Shown: positions 19,888 through 30,252 of the stretch, in pieces
Position numbering within the stretch: position 1 is the stretch's first letter
How the letters are laid out: every line of letters begins with the position of its first letter
NCBI GenBank assembly: GCA_037481775.1
Contig: JBBFKZ010000001.1
Span: forward strand, 96,001-160,000
Length of the DNA stretch: 64,000 nt
Source of the DNA: Candidatus Bathyarchaeia archaeon
Lineage (GTDB): Archaea; Thermoproteota; Bathyarchaeia; Bathyarchaeales; Bathycorpusculaceae
Reading direction: 5' to 3'
Notes under the pieces: model-generated
Told to the model about the DNA's origin: nothing
Database searches by the model: none
The model's input: the letters and a program-made list of their open reading frames with translations, nothing else
Program-made: the position numbers and the translations under genes

Positions 19888-21174
19888 TCACCAGAAATCC
19901 GCAAGATTCAACTGTTGAACTCTTCCACGACGCGCTTTCTCCGATGAAACAGCATCACCCAAAACAAGCTTCCCATATACCCCATCATACCCTGGAGTAA
20001 CGCTAACCGCACCCTCCCTAACTTGAAGAATCGCCTTAGCAATCGTCGCTTCCACGACCTCCATTAATGCTTCAGCAGAGGCATCAATAAGCACAGTGTA
20101 CTCATCACCGAATCGGCCTATAAGCGCATCATAAATCTTCCAAACCGCCTGCGTTGAAGGAGAATCCACGCCCAACACCGCTGCAATTATCTCAGAAAGA
20201 GGCAGCAACCGCATAAAACCCGGCGCATTCTCGGGCTTAAAGTCCGCTGGCCTGTCAGCAAGTTCTTCAACACGCTGCTCAACACCCTTAGTTAGTTTTC
20301 TGCGGCAAACTGGACAGACATTACCAAGCTTCTGTGCCTCCTGCGGCGAAAGAGATACATTGCAGCCACGGTGCCCAGTCCAATGGTACTTACCGTAAGC
20401 AGGATCAGTTTCAATTGTGAACTTGAGCCGCGCGGGATCTTTGCAGCGAACAGCATCAACCACTTCAATGTAACTTATTTTTTCAAGTTCAAAGACGTTT
20501 GCTTCCCTACCCAAACGCCAGGGCCAAAAGCTGTGGCTGTCACTATTCGAGAGCAACGTGTACCTGTCAAGTCTGCTTAAGCGCCAATTCATCGGCGGAT
20601 CGGAGGAAAGCCCAGTTTCCAGTGCATGTATATGCTTTACCATATCTTGGTAACATTCTTCAACACTATTAAAACCACTGAAAGCGCCGAAAATGCTGAA
20701 CCACGGCGTCCAAGCATGCGCTGGAAAAACCATGTTAGCACTCGAGATTGCCATCACTTCTTCAACTAATTGTGGCGCAGTCATGTTTAGCATGGGCCTG
20801 CCGTCTGCATCTAAATCGCCGTAGCGCTTGAGTACGTCGTTTATTTGACATGCAGTCTCCACACTCGGCGTCAGAATAACATGATGAACTTTTTTAGTCT
20901 CGTTTTCAAAATTGAAAATGGTGCAGACTTCCGTTGTCACCATAAAATGCACATATGGCTCCGTCTCGCCAGAAACTTTGTAAAGACCTGTGCCTTCTTC
21001 TGGAACTAATGTTTCCTTTATTTCTTTGAGCCATTTTGGATGCGTGAAGTCACCTGTTCCAACAAGGTTTACCCCTTTAACTTTCGCGAAGCGCGAAATT
21101 TCTCTGAGACTCATCTGCTGGCTTGTTGCTCTGCTGTAACGACCGTGAATATGCAGATCCGCGATTACTTTCAC
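19888..21174 (-). CDS. Endonuclease Q family PHP-domain protein
   Basis: DLHIHGRYSRATS, GTGDFTHP, PAHAWTPW, ETGLSSD, SNSDSHS, GKYH, CPVC, GYDGVYG. Confidence 0.88.
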   Translation of the reverse strand: MKVIADLHIHGRYSRATSQQMSLREISRFAKVKGVNLVGTGDFTHPKWLKEIKETLVPEEGTGLYKVSGETEPYVHFMVTTEVCTIFNFENETKKVHHVILTPSVETACQINDVLKRYGDLDADGRPMLNMTAPQLVEEVMAISSANMVFPAHAWTPWFSIFGAFSGFNSVEECYQDMVKHIHALETGLSSDPPMNWRLSRLDRYTLLSNSDSHSFWPWRLGREANVFELEKISYIEVVDAVRCKDPARLKFTIETDPAYGKYHWTGHRGCNVSLSPQEAQKLGNVCPVCRRKLTKGVEQRVEELADRPADFKPENAPGFMRLLPLSEIIAAVLGVDSPSTQAVWKIYDALIGRFGDEYTVLIDASAEALMEVVEATIAKAILQVREGAVSVTPGYDGVYGKLVLGDAVSSEKARRGRVQQLNLADFW

Positions 21175-21266
21175 TTTTTTCGCCTATCCTAAAGTGGCCT
21201 CTGTCAATTTTTAGTGTTAACTCCTCAGTACACGTCAGACAATTAGACTATGCAGTATTTGAGCAT

Positions 21267-21830
21267 TTACTCATTTGCTTTCAGCTTTCTTGTCCATTCT
21301 ACTAGCTCTTTTAGCATTTCCCGTATTACTTGCCTTGTTTTCTCATTAGTAACATTGCCTTCAGCATCAACGTTTTCTTCGGCGAAAGGCATCATTACTT
21401 CTGGGTGATTAAGCGGATGCATATCGAGGGCGATTAATATTTGCCTGAGGTGATATTGCGCCCTTGCTCCGCCGAGGCTGCCGATGGAAGCGCTCATTAT
21501 GGCAACAGGTTTTCCCTCGAAAGGGTTGTCTCCGTATGGTCTAGATGCCCAGTCAATTGCGTTCTTTAAGACGCCAGGAACGGAATAGTTGTATTCTGGC
21601 GTGGCTATCAACAACGCATCTGCCTTTCTGATGGCTAATTTAAACTCTTTTACGATCTTAGGCTGTTTTCTTTCTAAATCCTGATTGAACGGCGGGATTC
21701 CTTCAAGATCAAAAACTTCTATAACTGCATCTTTAGGTTTGAGTTCAATAGCCGCTCGCATTAATGCCTTGTTGTATGAATTTTTACGCAGACTTCCCAC
21801 AAAACCTAGGATTTTCACAGTCATCCTCAT
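21267..21830 (-). CDS. NAD(P)H-dependent FMN reductase
   Basis: GSLRKNSYN, TPEYNYSVPGVLKNAIDW, GGARAQ. Confidence 0.92.
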   Translation of the reverse strand: MRMTVKILGFVGSLRKNSYNKALMRAAIELKPKDAVIEVFDLEGIPPFNQDLERKQPKIVKEFKLAIRKADALLIATPEYNYSVPGVLKNAIDWASRPYGDNPFEGKPVAIMSASIGSLGGARAQYHLRQILIALDMHPLNHPEVMMPFAEENVDAEGNVTNEKTRQVIREMLKELVEWTRKLKANE

Positions 21831-21895
21831 ATCGCCTTATACGCTTTAATCAAAAGAAACACAAATTACCCTTTAATCCAAAGATGAATTTAAAT

Positions 21896-22606
21896 TTATA
21901 CGTTTTCGCTGTCTGTTGCGTCTTCAGGGGTGCTTGTGCTATTTTCTGTCTTACTTAAATATTTTGCAAAGCGTCTTTCCCAGTCTACCTTGAACATTAT
22001 TATAAATACAATTACCAGCAAGATTATTCCAATGACTGTGCCTATTAGAAGCGATGCTCCTTCGCCTTCTAAGCCGAAGATTTTTTTAACAATCTCTAGT
22101 GACATGCGACCGCTGTACGCTATTATAAGGTTAGAAAAGAATTTGCCAAGCAACGCTGGAATAAACGCCTGAATTATCCCGTAGCGCATGATGCCTAAGG
22201 GAATGAAAAGTAAATCGTCGGGAAGAGGTGTCAAGGCAAAGATAAAGATGGCTATTGGACCAAATTTTTTGAAGAGCTTAGTTAGGAAATCCATTTTTTT
22301 CTTATATTTTTTGCCTATAACTTTTCTTCCGCCGAACCCGATTAAATATCCTGAAAATTCTCCTAGTGCCGCGCCGATCGCCGCAAAAGTAGCGATCCAT
22401 AGAGGCTCAAAAACCCAGTTGCCCGCTGTATCCTGAAGTCCTCCAAGAATGAATATGACAACTGTGTAGGGAATGGGGATGAATATTGCTGTTGCTCCAA
22501 GCAAGCTTATGAGAAAAATTCCTAGGTACCCGTACTGCACGGCGAAATTTCGCATCCAGTCCGCTATGTCCTGAAGCTCCAAGAAGCTCCCACTTTTCAC
22601 TGACAT
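21896..22606 (-). CDS. VTT/DedA (SNARE-associated) membrane protein
   Basis: Multiple TM helices, GAALGEFSGY, ALTPLPDD. Confidence 0.8.
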   Translation of the reverse strand: MSVKSGSFLELQDIADWMRNFAVQYGYLGIFLISLLGATAIFIPIPYTVVIFILGGLQDTAGNWVFEPLWIATFAAIGAALGEFSGYLIGFGGRKVIGKKYKKKMDFLTKLFKKFGPIAIFIFALTPLPDDLLFIPLGIMRYGIIQAFIPALLGKFFSNLIIAYSGRMSLEIVKKIFGLEGEGASLLIGTVIGIILLVIVFIIMFKVDWERRFAKYLSKTENSTSTPEDATDSENV

Positions 22607-22807
22607 ATATAAAGTAGGCCTAAATAGATTTGCGATTTAAAAACAATATTTTCAAAATTGCCCGCTGCTTCTAATACGAGTTTAAATGTTAAAAGGCTGC
22701 TATGCGTTGCTGCGCGCTGGCTCGAGTTTTTTCTTCTGAAATTTGATAGCGACTAGGTAAAGTCTATCAAGTTGAATGCGCATATGTCGTGCAAGAAGGC
22801 GCCCTTT

Positions 22808-23638
22808 ATGAGTGCACAAGTTGATTGGTTGAAAATTCTCGTTCTCTGCAAAGATAACGTAAAAGCGCGGCTTCAGTCTTATCTTGAAACTGCAACTGCC
22901 TCTGAACCTGCTCTTGGCATAGGTGCTGGCGGCGACCCTATGAAACCTGTTGATCTAATAGCCGAAAAAGCTATAGTTGAGGTTCTGCAGCAGCATTGTA
23001 GCTCATTCACGCTTATAAGCGAAGAGTCAGGCGTTAAAGAATTCGGCGATAATCCCGCACAGTATTATGTAACCGTTGATCCAATAGACGGCACAACCAA
23101 CCTTGTCCGAGGGCTTCCATTCTATGCTACCTCAATAGCAGTGTCAACAATGCCTACGCTTTCCGCTACCGTCGCGGCTTTAGTAACCGATCTTTTTCAT
23201 GATGTTACGTACACTGCACTAGCAGGTAAAGGCGCCTATTGTGACGGCAAAAAAATAACGCCTTCCTCCGTTGTTTCCCTCGAGGCAGCAGTAATAGGTT
23301 TAGATTTAAACAGCTACAACGTTAAGGAAATCGCACCTCAACTGTCAAGTTTGATTGAAAAAACTAAACATATACGCCATTTTGGCGCCAACGCCCTTGA
23401 AGTATGCTACGTGGCTGAAGGCTTAACCGACGCTTTCGTGGATATCCGCGGGAAACTTCGAGTAACAGATATTGCTGGTGGGTTTCTTATACTCAAAGAG
23501 GCTGGTGGAACAATAACCGCGCCTGAAGGCCACATGCTATCTGCCAACTTGGATCCTAAACAGAAGATAAAGTTTATTGCTTCTGGAAATGAGCAGTTGC
23601 ACAAAAAAATTCTCAGTTTGGTAAGGCTGAAATGTTAA
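22808..23638 (+). CDS. suhB: Inositol monophosphatase / FBPase class IV family
   Basis: SEE, DPIDGTTN, DIAGGFLILKEAGG. Confidence 0.88.
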   Translation: MSAQVDWLKILVLCKDNVKARLQSYLETATASEPALGIGAGGDPMKPVDLIAEKAIVEVLQQHCSSFTLISEESGVKEFGDNPAQYYVTVDPIDGTTNLVRGLPFYATSIAVSTMPTLSATVAALVTDLFHDVTYTALAGKGAYCDGKKITPSSVVSLEAAVIGLDLNSYNVKEIAPQLSSLIEKTKHIRHFGANALEVCYVAEGLTDAFVDIRGKLRVTDIAGGFLILKEAGGTITAPEGHMLSANLDPKQKIKFIASGNEQLHKKILSLVRLKC

Positions 23639-24474
23639 GGTTACTTCCGCCGCATCCTGCGGCGTTGATAAAGGCAGATAGTGCCAAAACGCTTGTTATC
23701 GCAGATCCACACTTAGGTTGGGAGTTGACGCTCCACGCAAGAGGCATTCATGTTCTGAGTCAAACATCAAAACTTCTGCAAAAACTGACGGCGCTACTTT
23801 CTAAACACAAGCCCGATGCGCTTCTAATTCTAGGCGATGTTAAATATACGGTAGTTACAGCCGAGCCAGGCGAATGGCGCGATATACCTGACTTCTTTGT
23901 TCAACTCAAAAATTACGTGAAAGAAATAGCTATAGTGCGCGGCAACCACGATGCAAATCTTGAACCTTTGCTGCCAGAAAGCGTTAAACTTCTTCCGGCA
24001 ACAGGCACAATAGCTGGCGACGTCGGTCTTTTTCATGGTCACAAATGGCCTTCACCTATGCTTCTGAAGTGTAAAACGCTAATTATGGGCCATGTTCACC
24101 CCGTCGTCGTCTTCAAAGATCCTTCCGGCTTCAAGATAACAAGGCAAGTATGGGTGAAAGCCGCATGCTACACTAACCAACTAGCCAAAAGACTGTTACA
24201 AAAACACAATATAAAAGTTGAAGGCACCATTGAGGATACAGTGAAAAAACATTACAACTTTACACCACGAACATCCCAAATTTTCTTAATGCCGTCATTC
24301 AACGACTTCCTAGGCGGCAGGCCCATAAATGGCGACGTATCGCAAAAAAAGGAGCAAAACCCACGAATGATAGGGCCAATTCTGCGTTCAAAAATCCTTG
24401 ACCTGGATAATGCGGAAATCTACCTATTAGACGGCACTTACCTCGGAACTCTGAGCCAGCTAAAAAGACTTTAG
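23632..24474 (+). CDS. Calcineurin-like metallophosphoesterase
   Basis: ADPHLG, LGD, GNHD, HGH, GHVHP. Confidence 0.85.
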   Translation: MLRLLPPHPAALIKADSAKTLVIADPHLGWELTLHARGIHVLSQTSKLLQKLTALLSKHKPDALLILGDVKYTVVTAEPGEWRDIPDFFVQLKNYVKEIAIVRGNHDANLEPLLPESVKLLPATGTIAGDVGLFHGHKWPSPMLLKCKTLIMGHVHPVVVFKDPSGFKITRQVWVKAACYTNQLAKRLLQKHNIKVEGTIEDTVKKHYNFTPRTSQIFLMPSFNDFLGGRPINGDVSQKKEQNPRMIGPILRSKILDLDNAEIYLLDGTYLGTLSQLKRL

Positions 24475-24703
24475 AAAAACCGACAATGCCTTTATGGGTT
24501 ATTCAAAATAGCAGGAAACGTTCAATATACGCTTTTAAGGGCATGTGTCTTTTCTCTGCCACCGCAAGGTCTTTGCATAGTATGCATAGGGAAAAATCGG
24601 CTGTGGTCCATGCTTTAGTTTGCGGCTGGTAATTTCACAAAGCAAAAATGCTGAATAAACAGCACAACACTTATAGAAACGGATAACCTCAAATTACTAA
24701 GGT

Positions 24704-25312
24704 GTGAAAACCGTGTCATCAGATGATGAGGATTATCCAGAATGGTTTAAGCGTCGCCGTTATCCTTTAGCTAATGATCCGTTTTTCGGTGATATCGATC
24801 GCATGTTTCGTGAAATGGAAAAGCGCATAGAAGAAGAGTTTCGCATATTCACTGAAAAGGTTCCTAAGGAGTATGTTAAAGAGCGTAAGCTTCCAGATGG
24901 AAGCACCGTGAAGGAATTTGGGCCTTTCGTTTACGGTTATAGCATGAAAATCGGTCCTGACGGCAAGCCTGAAATCCGCGAATTTGGCAATATAAAGAAA
25001 AGCCTTCAAGGTCCACAGGTTAAGGAAGAACGTGAACCGCTTGTTGATGTTATTGAAACAGACGGTGAGATTCGTGTGGTCGTAGAGTTGCCTGGCGTAG
25101 AAAAAAGCGATATAAAACTTAGAGGCACTGAAGATTCCCTTGAAATCAGCGTGGATGCAGCGCAGTACAAGTACTATAAGGAAATTGCGCTTCCCGCAAA
25201 AGTAAAAGTGAAAGAAGCTAAATCAAGTTACAAAAATGGCGTTTTAGAAGTTATATTTCCCAAGGTTGATGCTCCAACCAAGCCTAAAGGCGAACCAATC
25301 GACATAAAATAG
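24704..25312 (+). CDS. hsp20: Small heat-shock protein Hsp20
   Basis: GPFVYGYS, REPLVDV, ELPGVEK, YKNGVLEV. Confidence 0.92.
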   Translation: MKTVSSDDEDYPEWFKRRRYPLANDPFFGDIDRMFREMEKRIEEEFRIFTEKVPKEYVKERKLPDGSTVKEFGPFVYGYSMKIGPDGKPEIREFGNIKKSLQGPQVKEEREPLVDVIETDGEIRVVVELPGVEKSDIKLRGTEDSLEISVDAAQYKYYKEIALPAKVKVKEAKSSYKNGVLEVIFPKVDAPTKPKGEPIDIK

Positions 25313-25344
25313 TTATTTCACGCTATTGAAGTGCTCGTGCTTAC

Positions 25345-25755
25345 ATGAATGACTCTTCAGAAATCGACGCATTAAACAAGATTTGCCGTGAAGCCAAAGC
25401 AGAGGGGAAAATATCTGGCAAAAACCTCACTGTACTGTATGAGCTTTTTGGTCAACGCTTCACAAAAGCCCTTGATGCCTTAAAAGAAAACCGCGTTAAA
25501 AAGTACGTTTTCAGGCCAAGCGGCAGAATCGTCTGGATAGTTGTTGGGCGAGAGCGTGATTACTTGATAATGCCTGAAGCTGAATTTTGCATGTGCGACG
25601 ACTTTTATTTTCGCGTGTTGGATAAGGAAATACACTTGTGTTATCACTTAATTGCGCAGAGAATCGCCCGCAACTTGGGCTGGTACGAAACTATAGAAGA
25701 AGACGACAGCCTATATGACACTTTAATGGGTGAATGGAAAAAACCCGCTGATTAA
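25345..25755 (+). CDS. SWIM zinc-finger protein
   Basis: CMCDDF...CYH SWIM motif. Confidence 0.8.
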   Translation: MNDSSEIDALNKICREAKAEGKISGKNLTVLYELFGQRFTKALDALKENRVKKYVFRPSGRIVWIVVGRERDYLIMPEAEFCMCDDFYFRVLDKEIHLCYHLIAQRIARNLGWYETIEEDDSLYDTLMGEWKKPAD

Positions 25756-25834
25756 CCAGCAAATAGCGATGTTAAAGGAAAATGTGGGGAGTCACCGTGT
25801 TTCTATTTCCCTGAGATCGACGAGTGCAGAATGG

Positions 25835-26110
25835 TTATCTACTTGTTCTCCGCACCATAACCGTCTGAACTTGGCTTACGCCCGCTATTTTTGCCAGTTC
25901 TGTTTCGAACTCGTCCACAATTCCAGTTTTTTCCTCGGGAAATTTCACTTGAACCAAAAGTGCTTTTAGCCCGAAGGCTATAGGCTCTTCGTCATAGCCT
26001 TCAATAGATGAAAACTCGGGTAAACATTTCTCAATTTTGGCTTTCAACTCGTCGAAACTCGCTACTGCGTCTTCGGGAAAAACTTTGTAGATAACTTTTA
26101 CACTACCCAT
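25835..26110 (-). CDS. ef1b: Translation elongation factor aEF-1beta
   Basis: EEPIAFGLKAL motif; start MGSVKV. Confidence 0.92.
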   Translation of the reverse strand: MGSVKVIYKVFPEDAVASFDELKAKIEKCLPEFSSIEGYDEEPIAFGLKALLVQVKFPEEKTGIVDEFETELAKIAGVSQVQTVMVRRTSR

Positions 26111-26129
26111 TTTTTGGTTCGCCTCTTTT

Positions 26130-26318
26130 TCATGGCCCTGTAAAACCGCACTTGGGACATTTATATTGACGACCGAACTTTCGGCATTTCCCACAGCGCT
26201 TAATCTGTATTTCCCCACAATTGGGACAAAGGAACTTTGTCGCTTCTGTTCCCGGCTGGATGGGTTTGCCGCAGCTTGTGCAGGTAACCAAGGATAGTGT
26301 TGCTGCTTTCTCTGACAT
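26130..26318 (-). CDS. Zn-ribbon protein (DUF1610/HVO_2753 family)
   Basis: [26 protein letters not shown]; usual neighbour of ef1b. Confidence 0.88.
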   Translation of the reverse strand: MSEKAATLSLVTCTSCGKPIQPGTEATKFLCPNCGEIQIKRCGKCRKFGRQYKCPKCGFTGP

Positions 26319-26561
26319 CAAGTTCAACTCCGTATCATTTGTGTAACGTAAGACTTCCTTATATTTGCTGTGCTTGCTTAGCGGGCTTTCTTGTGTTGGT
26401 AATCGTGAAAGCAAATTCAATGCTTTTGGTTATTTAACGTTGAATTGAGCTACTATAAGGGCTTTTAGAGCATGTTTCAGCATTATAATGTTCTAGTAAT
26501 AGAACAAAGTTGTTCTACGAATAGAGCTAATAGGCAATTTATAACAAGAATAACTCGGTGA

Positions 26562-27677
26562 TTGCAAATGAAACACCAAGCTAAACTGATATTGTTCGGA
26601 ATACTGTCGCTGTCTATGGGGGTTGCTTTTGCTTCGCCCCTGCTTGCCTCAGAATTAAACATGCAACCATTCATTAAACACGTTCAGGGACCAACAGCAG
26701 ACTTCAGCGTTAATGTTGTCTACGCCAACTTCACCATCCTAAACAGTTCCAAACCCGTGAGCGAAAACGATGGTCCCGCCATCTCTTACTACGTTGTATT
26801 GAACGTCACGAATCTTTCCGACATAGGCGCTAATCTCCGAGACGTGAACTTCGTAGCTGCAAGGGAAATCAAGAATATTTCAGAGTCAACGCCATCTTGG
26901 TTGATGAACAGCACTTCCGGCTCAGGATACTTCGCTGAGGGTGCATGGGTTGACGGCATATGGTACAATGTCACCTTAGCTACTCACAACTGGCCTGCTG
27001 TGGATAGATGGGGCAATATCACGTTCTTCGGCGTCACTGAACTTGAAGACTATTGGCTGGAAGGCGTACAGCTTCTGGATGTATATGAAGGCGGCAAATT
27101 CAAAGCTACTTACATGAACATGAACGGAACATGGGTTAACGTAACTGGCAGAATTGAACTACCTCAACCAAGGGAAAATAATCCCTTCGCCAATGCTTTC
27201 ACGGTCAGTGATATCGTTGTTAGAGAGCTCCACCTGTTTCAGGATGTAGCGGCTCTTAATTTTACATCAACTACTGCAAGCGACAACAACACTTCCACCG
27301 ATTCAAAAATAATTGAGGAAAAGTACACTTGGGTAGGAGAAGGTCTTTTCGACAACTACTGGGCACCACACCAGTCACGTTTAATCGTGTTGCAGGGTAT
27401 TCACGACATTAGAAAATCCTTTGGAGGCGTCAAAGCGCTAGATGCATTGAGGTCTGGGAGCATAACTTTGCAGACGCGGCTCTTTAATCACGCAAACGTC
27501 ACCGTTGAGGTTGTGAACGGCACCATCGCAGACACTTGGTCGTATGCTACAGAGCTTAAACAAGTGCAGTTGACGCAAAATGGAGACAGCTACCTATACA
27601 ACACGATCTTGGGAGAAAACCAATTTTTCATAACCGACCAATATGGCGTAGAAGTGTTCATTAAAGAGAGGAGCTAA
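26562..27677 (+). CDS. Secreted/surface hypothetical glycoprotein
   Basis: Signal peptide; many N-x-S/T sequons. Confidence 0.65.
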   Translation: MQMKHQAKLILFGILSLSMGVAFASPLLASELNMQPFIKHVQGPTADFSVNVVYANFTILNSSKPVSENDGPAISYYVVLNVTNLSDIGANLRDVNFVAAREIKNISESTPSWLMNSTSGSGYFAEGAWVDGIWYNVTLATHNWPAVDRWGNITFFGVTELEDYWLEGVQLLDVYEGGKFKATYMNMNGTWVNVTGRIELPQPRENNPFANAFTVSDIVVRELHLFQDVAALNFTSTTASDNNTSTDSKIIEEKYTWVGEGLFDNYWAPHQSRLIVLQGIHDIRKSFGGVKALDALRSGSITLQTRLFNHANVTVEVVNGTIADTWSYATELKQVQLTQNGDSYLYNTILGENQFFITDQYGVEVFIKERS

Positions 27678-27679
27678 CC

Positions 27680-28159
27680 ATGACAAACGCGGGCACCCCG
27701 GAGCTTGAAGGCACAACGTTGCGTGTGTACACGTACGTGATCAAGCAAAGCAAGGGGGTTGGTCCGCGTGAAGTCATGCGGGGCGCAAATCTAAGCAGCC
27801 CAAGCGTGGCTTACTGGCATCTGCAGAAGCTTGAAGCGTTAGGCTTGCTTCAGAAAGACGCATACGGTGAATACGTGGCTAAAGAGAAAGCAAACATCAG
27901 CGGGCACCTGTGGATTGGACGCAACATGGTGCCGAGGCTGATGTTTTACTCCCTCTTTTTTATGGGTATCGTGGCTATAGAATTTATCATTATCGGTGTC
28001 CAATTTTTCGCGTACGGGCAAATGCCAGAAATTAGCCTGATTTACCTTTTAGCGACAAATTTCATCGCTATGATTCTGTTTCTTGGCGAAGGCTTGCTGC
28101 TGCGCAGGAAAACCAGAACAAAAAGTGCCAAAAGAAACACAAGCGACTCAACCAGCTGA
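27680..28159 (+). CDS. wHTH protein with two C-terminal TM helices
   Basis: GPREVMRGANLSSPSVAYWHLQKLEALGL wHTH followed by two hydrophobic helices. Confidence 0.75.
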   Translation: MTNAGTPELEGTTLRVYTYVIKQSKGVGPREVMRGANLSSPSVAYWHLQKLEALGLLQKDAYGEYVAKEKANISGHLWIGRNMVPRLMFYSLFFMGIVAIEFIIIGVQFFAYGQMPEISLIYLLATNFIAMILFLGEGLLLRRKTRTKSAKRNTSDSTS

Positions 28160-28238
28160 AACAGTGTTGCTTACCATCGGAGCCGTATTTCGCAAGTTTA
28201 TTATTCAGGTTTTTAGCTATATTTCTGCCGGGGTTGTT

Positions 28239-29273
28239 TTGGGAGTAAACCTCCGCGACATTGTTCCAAAAACAATTGTTAGGCTAGAGGATTTAAGCGG
28301 GAAAACCATCGCTATCGACGCCTACAACGCTCTGTACCAGTTTCTCGCCATTATTCGCCAGCCAGATGGCACGCCTTTGAAAGACAGCACGGGGAAAATC
28401 ACTAGTCACTTAAGCGGCTTGTTTTACCGTACAAGCAACCTTGTGGAGATGGGTATAAAACCAATTTACGTGTTTGACGGTGCTCCCCCTGTTCTCAAGG
28501 AAGTTGAAATTAAGCGCCGAATGAGGGCGAAGGAAGAGGCTACAATCAAATATGAGCAAGCTTTAGCTCAAGGTAAGATTGAAGAAGCTCGAATGTACGC
28601 TCAAGCAACCTCGCGTTTAAGCGATTACATGGCAGAGGACAGCAAAAAGCTTCTCACCTTAATGGGTATTCCTTGGATTCAAGCGCCCAGCGAGGGAGAA
28701 GCACAAGCCGCACATTTGACTAAGCGTGGGGATTCAGATTACTGCGCAAGCCAAGACTATGATAGCTTGCTTTTTGGAGCGCCGAGGCTAATTCGAAACG
28801 TGACAATTTCTGGTAGAAGGAAGCTTCCAAGCAAAAACGTTTACATCGATGTCGTTCCTGAAGTAATCAAGTTAACTGATGTTTTGGAAGAGTGCGGCAT
28901 AACCTACGAGCAGTTAATTGATGTGGGCATACTAATCGGCACAGACTTTAATCCTGACGGCATCAAGGGCTTGGGGCCGAAAACCGCTTTAAAACTGATA
29001 AAAGAGTACGGGACGCTGGAGAAAGCCTTGCCGTATATAAAAAATGCCGAGTTTCCGCATCCGCCAGAGAAAATACGTGAAATATTTTTGCATCCCAAGG
29101 TGAGCGATGATTACGTGCTGAAGTGGCAGCAGCCAAATGTAGAGGGCATAGTGGATTTTCTAGTCGGCGAAAAAGACTTCTCCGAAGAGCGTGTAAGAAA
29201 GGCAATAGAGAAAATGCAGGAAGGAAACAGGAAGCTTGGGGGAAAAACTACGCTTGAAAAATGGTTTGGATAA
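28239..29273 (+). CDS. fen: Flap endonuclease 1
   Basis: GVNL start (TTG 28239), DAYNALYQFL, APSEGEAQ, SQDYD, GTDFN, TTLEKWFG PIP box. Confidence 0.96.
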   Translation: MGVNLRDIVPKTIVRLEDLSGKTIAIDAYNALYQFLAIIRQPDGTPLKDSTGKITSHLSGLFYRTSNLVEMGIKPIYVFDGAPPVLKEVEIKRRMRAKEEATIKYEQALAQGKIEEARMYAQATSRLSDYMAEDSKKLLTLMGIPWIQAPSEGEAQAAHLTKRGDSDYCASQDYDSLLFGAPRLIRNVTISGRRKLPSKNVYIDVVPEVIKLTDVLEECGITYEQLIDVGILIGTDFNPDGIKGLGPKTALKLIKEYGTLEKALPYIKNAEFPHPPEKIREIFLHPKVSDDYVLKWQQPNVEGIVDFLVGEKDFSEERVRKAIEKMQEGNRKLGGKTTLEKWFG

Positions 29274-29276
29274 TTG

Positions 29277-29985
29277 CTAAAATTTTTGCCCATACTCTCC
29301 CGTTAAAGGGACAAAAGCTACTCCGCCAAGGTTTTCCTGCTTGATTTTTCCATCAGCGCTTTTCGTGATTTTTATGAGACTCTGAAACAGCGAAACACTA
29401 CCGACTGGAATTAGCATAATTCCGTGGGGTTTCAACTGGTCTATCAGAGGTTTAGGCACATCTGGCGCTGCTGCTGTAACCAAAATACGATCATACGGCG
29501 CCTTTTTATCATAACCCTTAGAGCCGTCCGCATTAATTATTGTTACCCGATCAGTATAACCTGCGATCATAAGGTTTTTTTTCGCGCTGTCCGCCAGCGC
29601 CTTAACTATCTCAACAGTATAAACATGTCCCCATTCGCTTCTAGGCGTGTCTAGTGGGGCAATTATCTCCGCTATTGTAGCGGCGTGCCAACCTGATCCG
29701 GCGCCGACTTCCAGAACTCTTTGACCGACTTCCAGTTCTAGGGCTTCGTTCATAATCGAAACCATGTGTCGCCTAGCCCAGCATTAAGCTGTGGCCATGT
29801 GGCGCAGAGATTGTTTGACCGAAGCCTATTGGAAGCGGCGTATCAGCACTGCTGTATTGTTGCATGTCTGGAGGTAGAAATTTTGCGCGTGGCACAGCGC
29901 GCATCGCTTTAATCACCTTCGGAGTTTTCAAAATGCCCTGCTTTATTAGACTGTCAACGAGTTTTCCCCATTCTGTCTTTTCCAC
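29277..29985 (-). CDS. pcm: Protein-L-isoaspartate O-methyltransferase, two exons (29985-29799 and 29767-29277), 225 aa after splicing
   Basis: VPRAKF...GFGQTISAPH in exon 1; MVSIM...VLEVGAGSGW, APYDRILVTAA, VAFVPL in exon 2. Removing 31 nt gives a 678-nt ORF. Confidence 0.9.
29768..29798 (-). other. Predicted bulge-helix-bulge (tRNA-type) intron in pcm mRNA
   Basis: mRNA UG-CGCC-ACA-UGGCC-A-CAGC-UUAAU-GCUG-GGCUA-GGCG-ACA-CA forms a 4-bp helix with two 3-nt bulges; contains an in-frame UAG. Confidence 0.85.
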
Positions 29986-30252
29986 ATCGAAGCACCACCT
30001 AGAGTATGGTGCTGTTCCTTTTTAACATATGTGGTCTTAGAAATAAGCTACTTATTCGGCTGAAATGTTTGGTGTCTCCTTTTTGTTTGCTCTCTTCAAA
30101 AATGCTGAACATAGACTCTTTTTGTATAGTGCTGAGCGCAACGATACTTTGGCTGCTCGGTTTTTATTATTACGCTGCCTTTTTGTGTACGTAAAAGTTT
30201 AAGTGTAAATCTTTTATACCCTATCGTATATGCATTAAGCGAGGAAACGGGC

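Noticed and set aside
29277-29985. pcm as a pseudogene or two separate genes
   Set aside because: Both halves are intact, and the insertion forms an exact BHB whose canonical cleavage restores the frame.
30006-30194. 62-aa ORF between pcm and PCNA
   Set aside because: Low-complexity T-rich divergent promoter region with no family motif.
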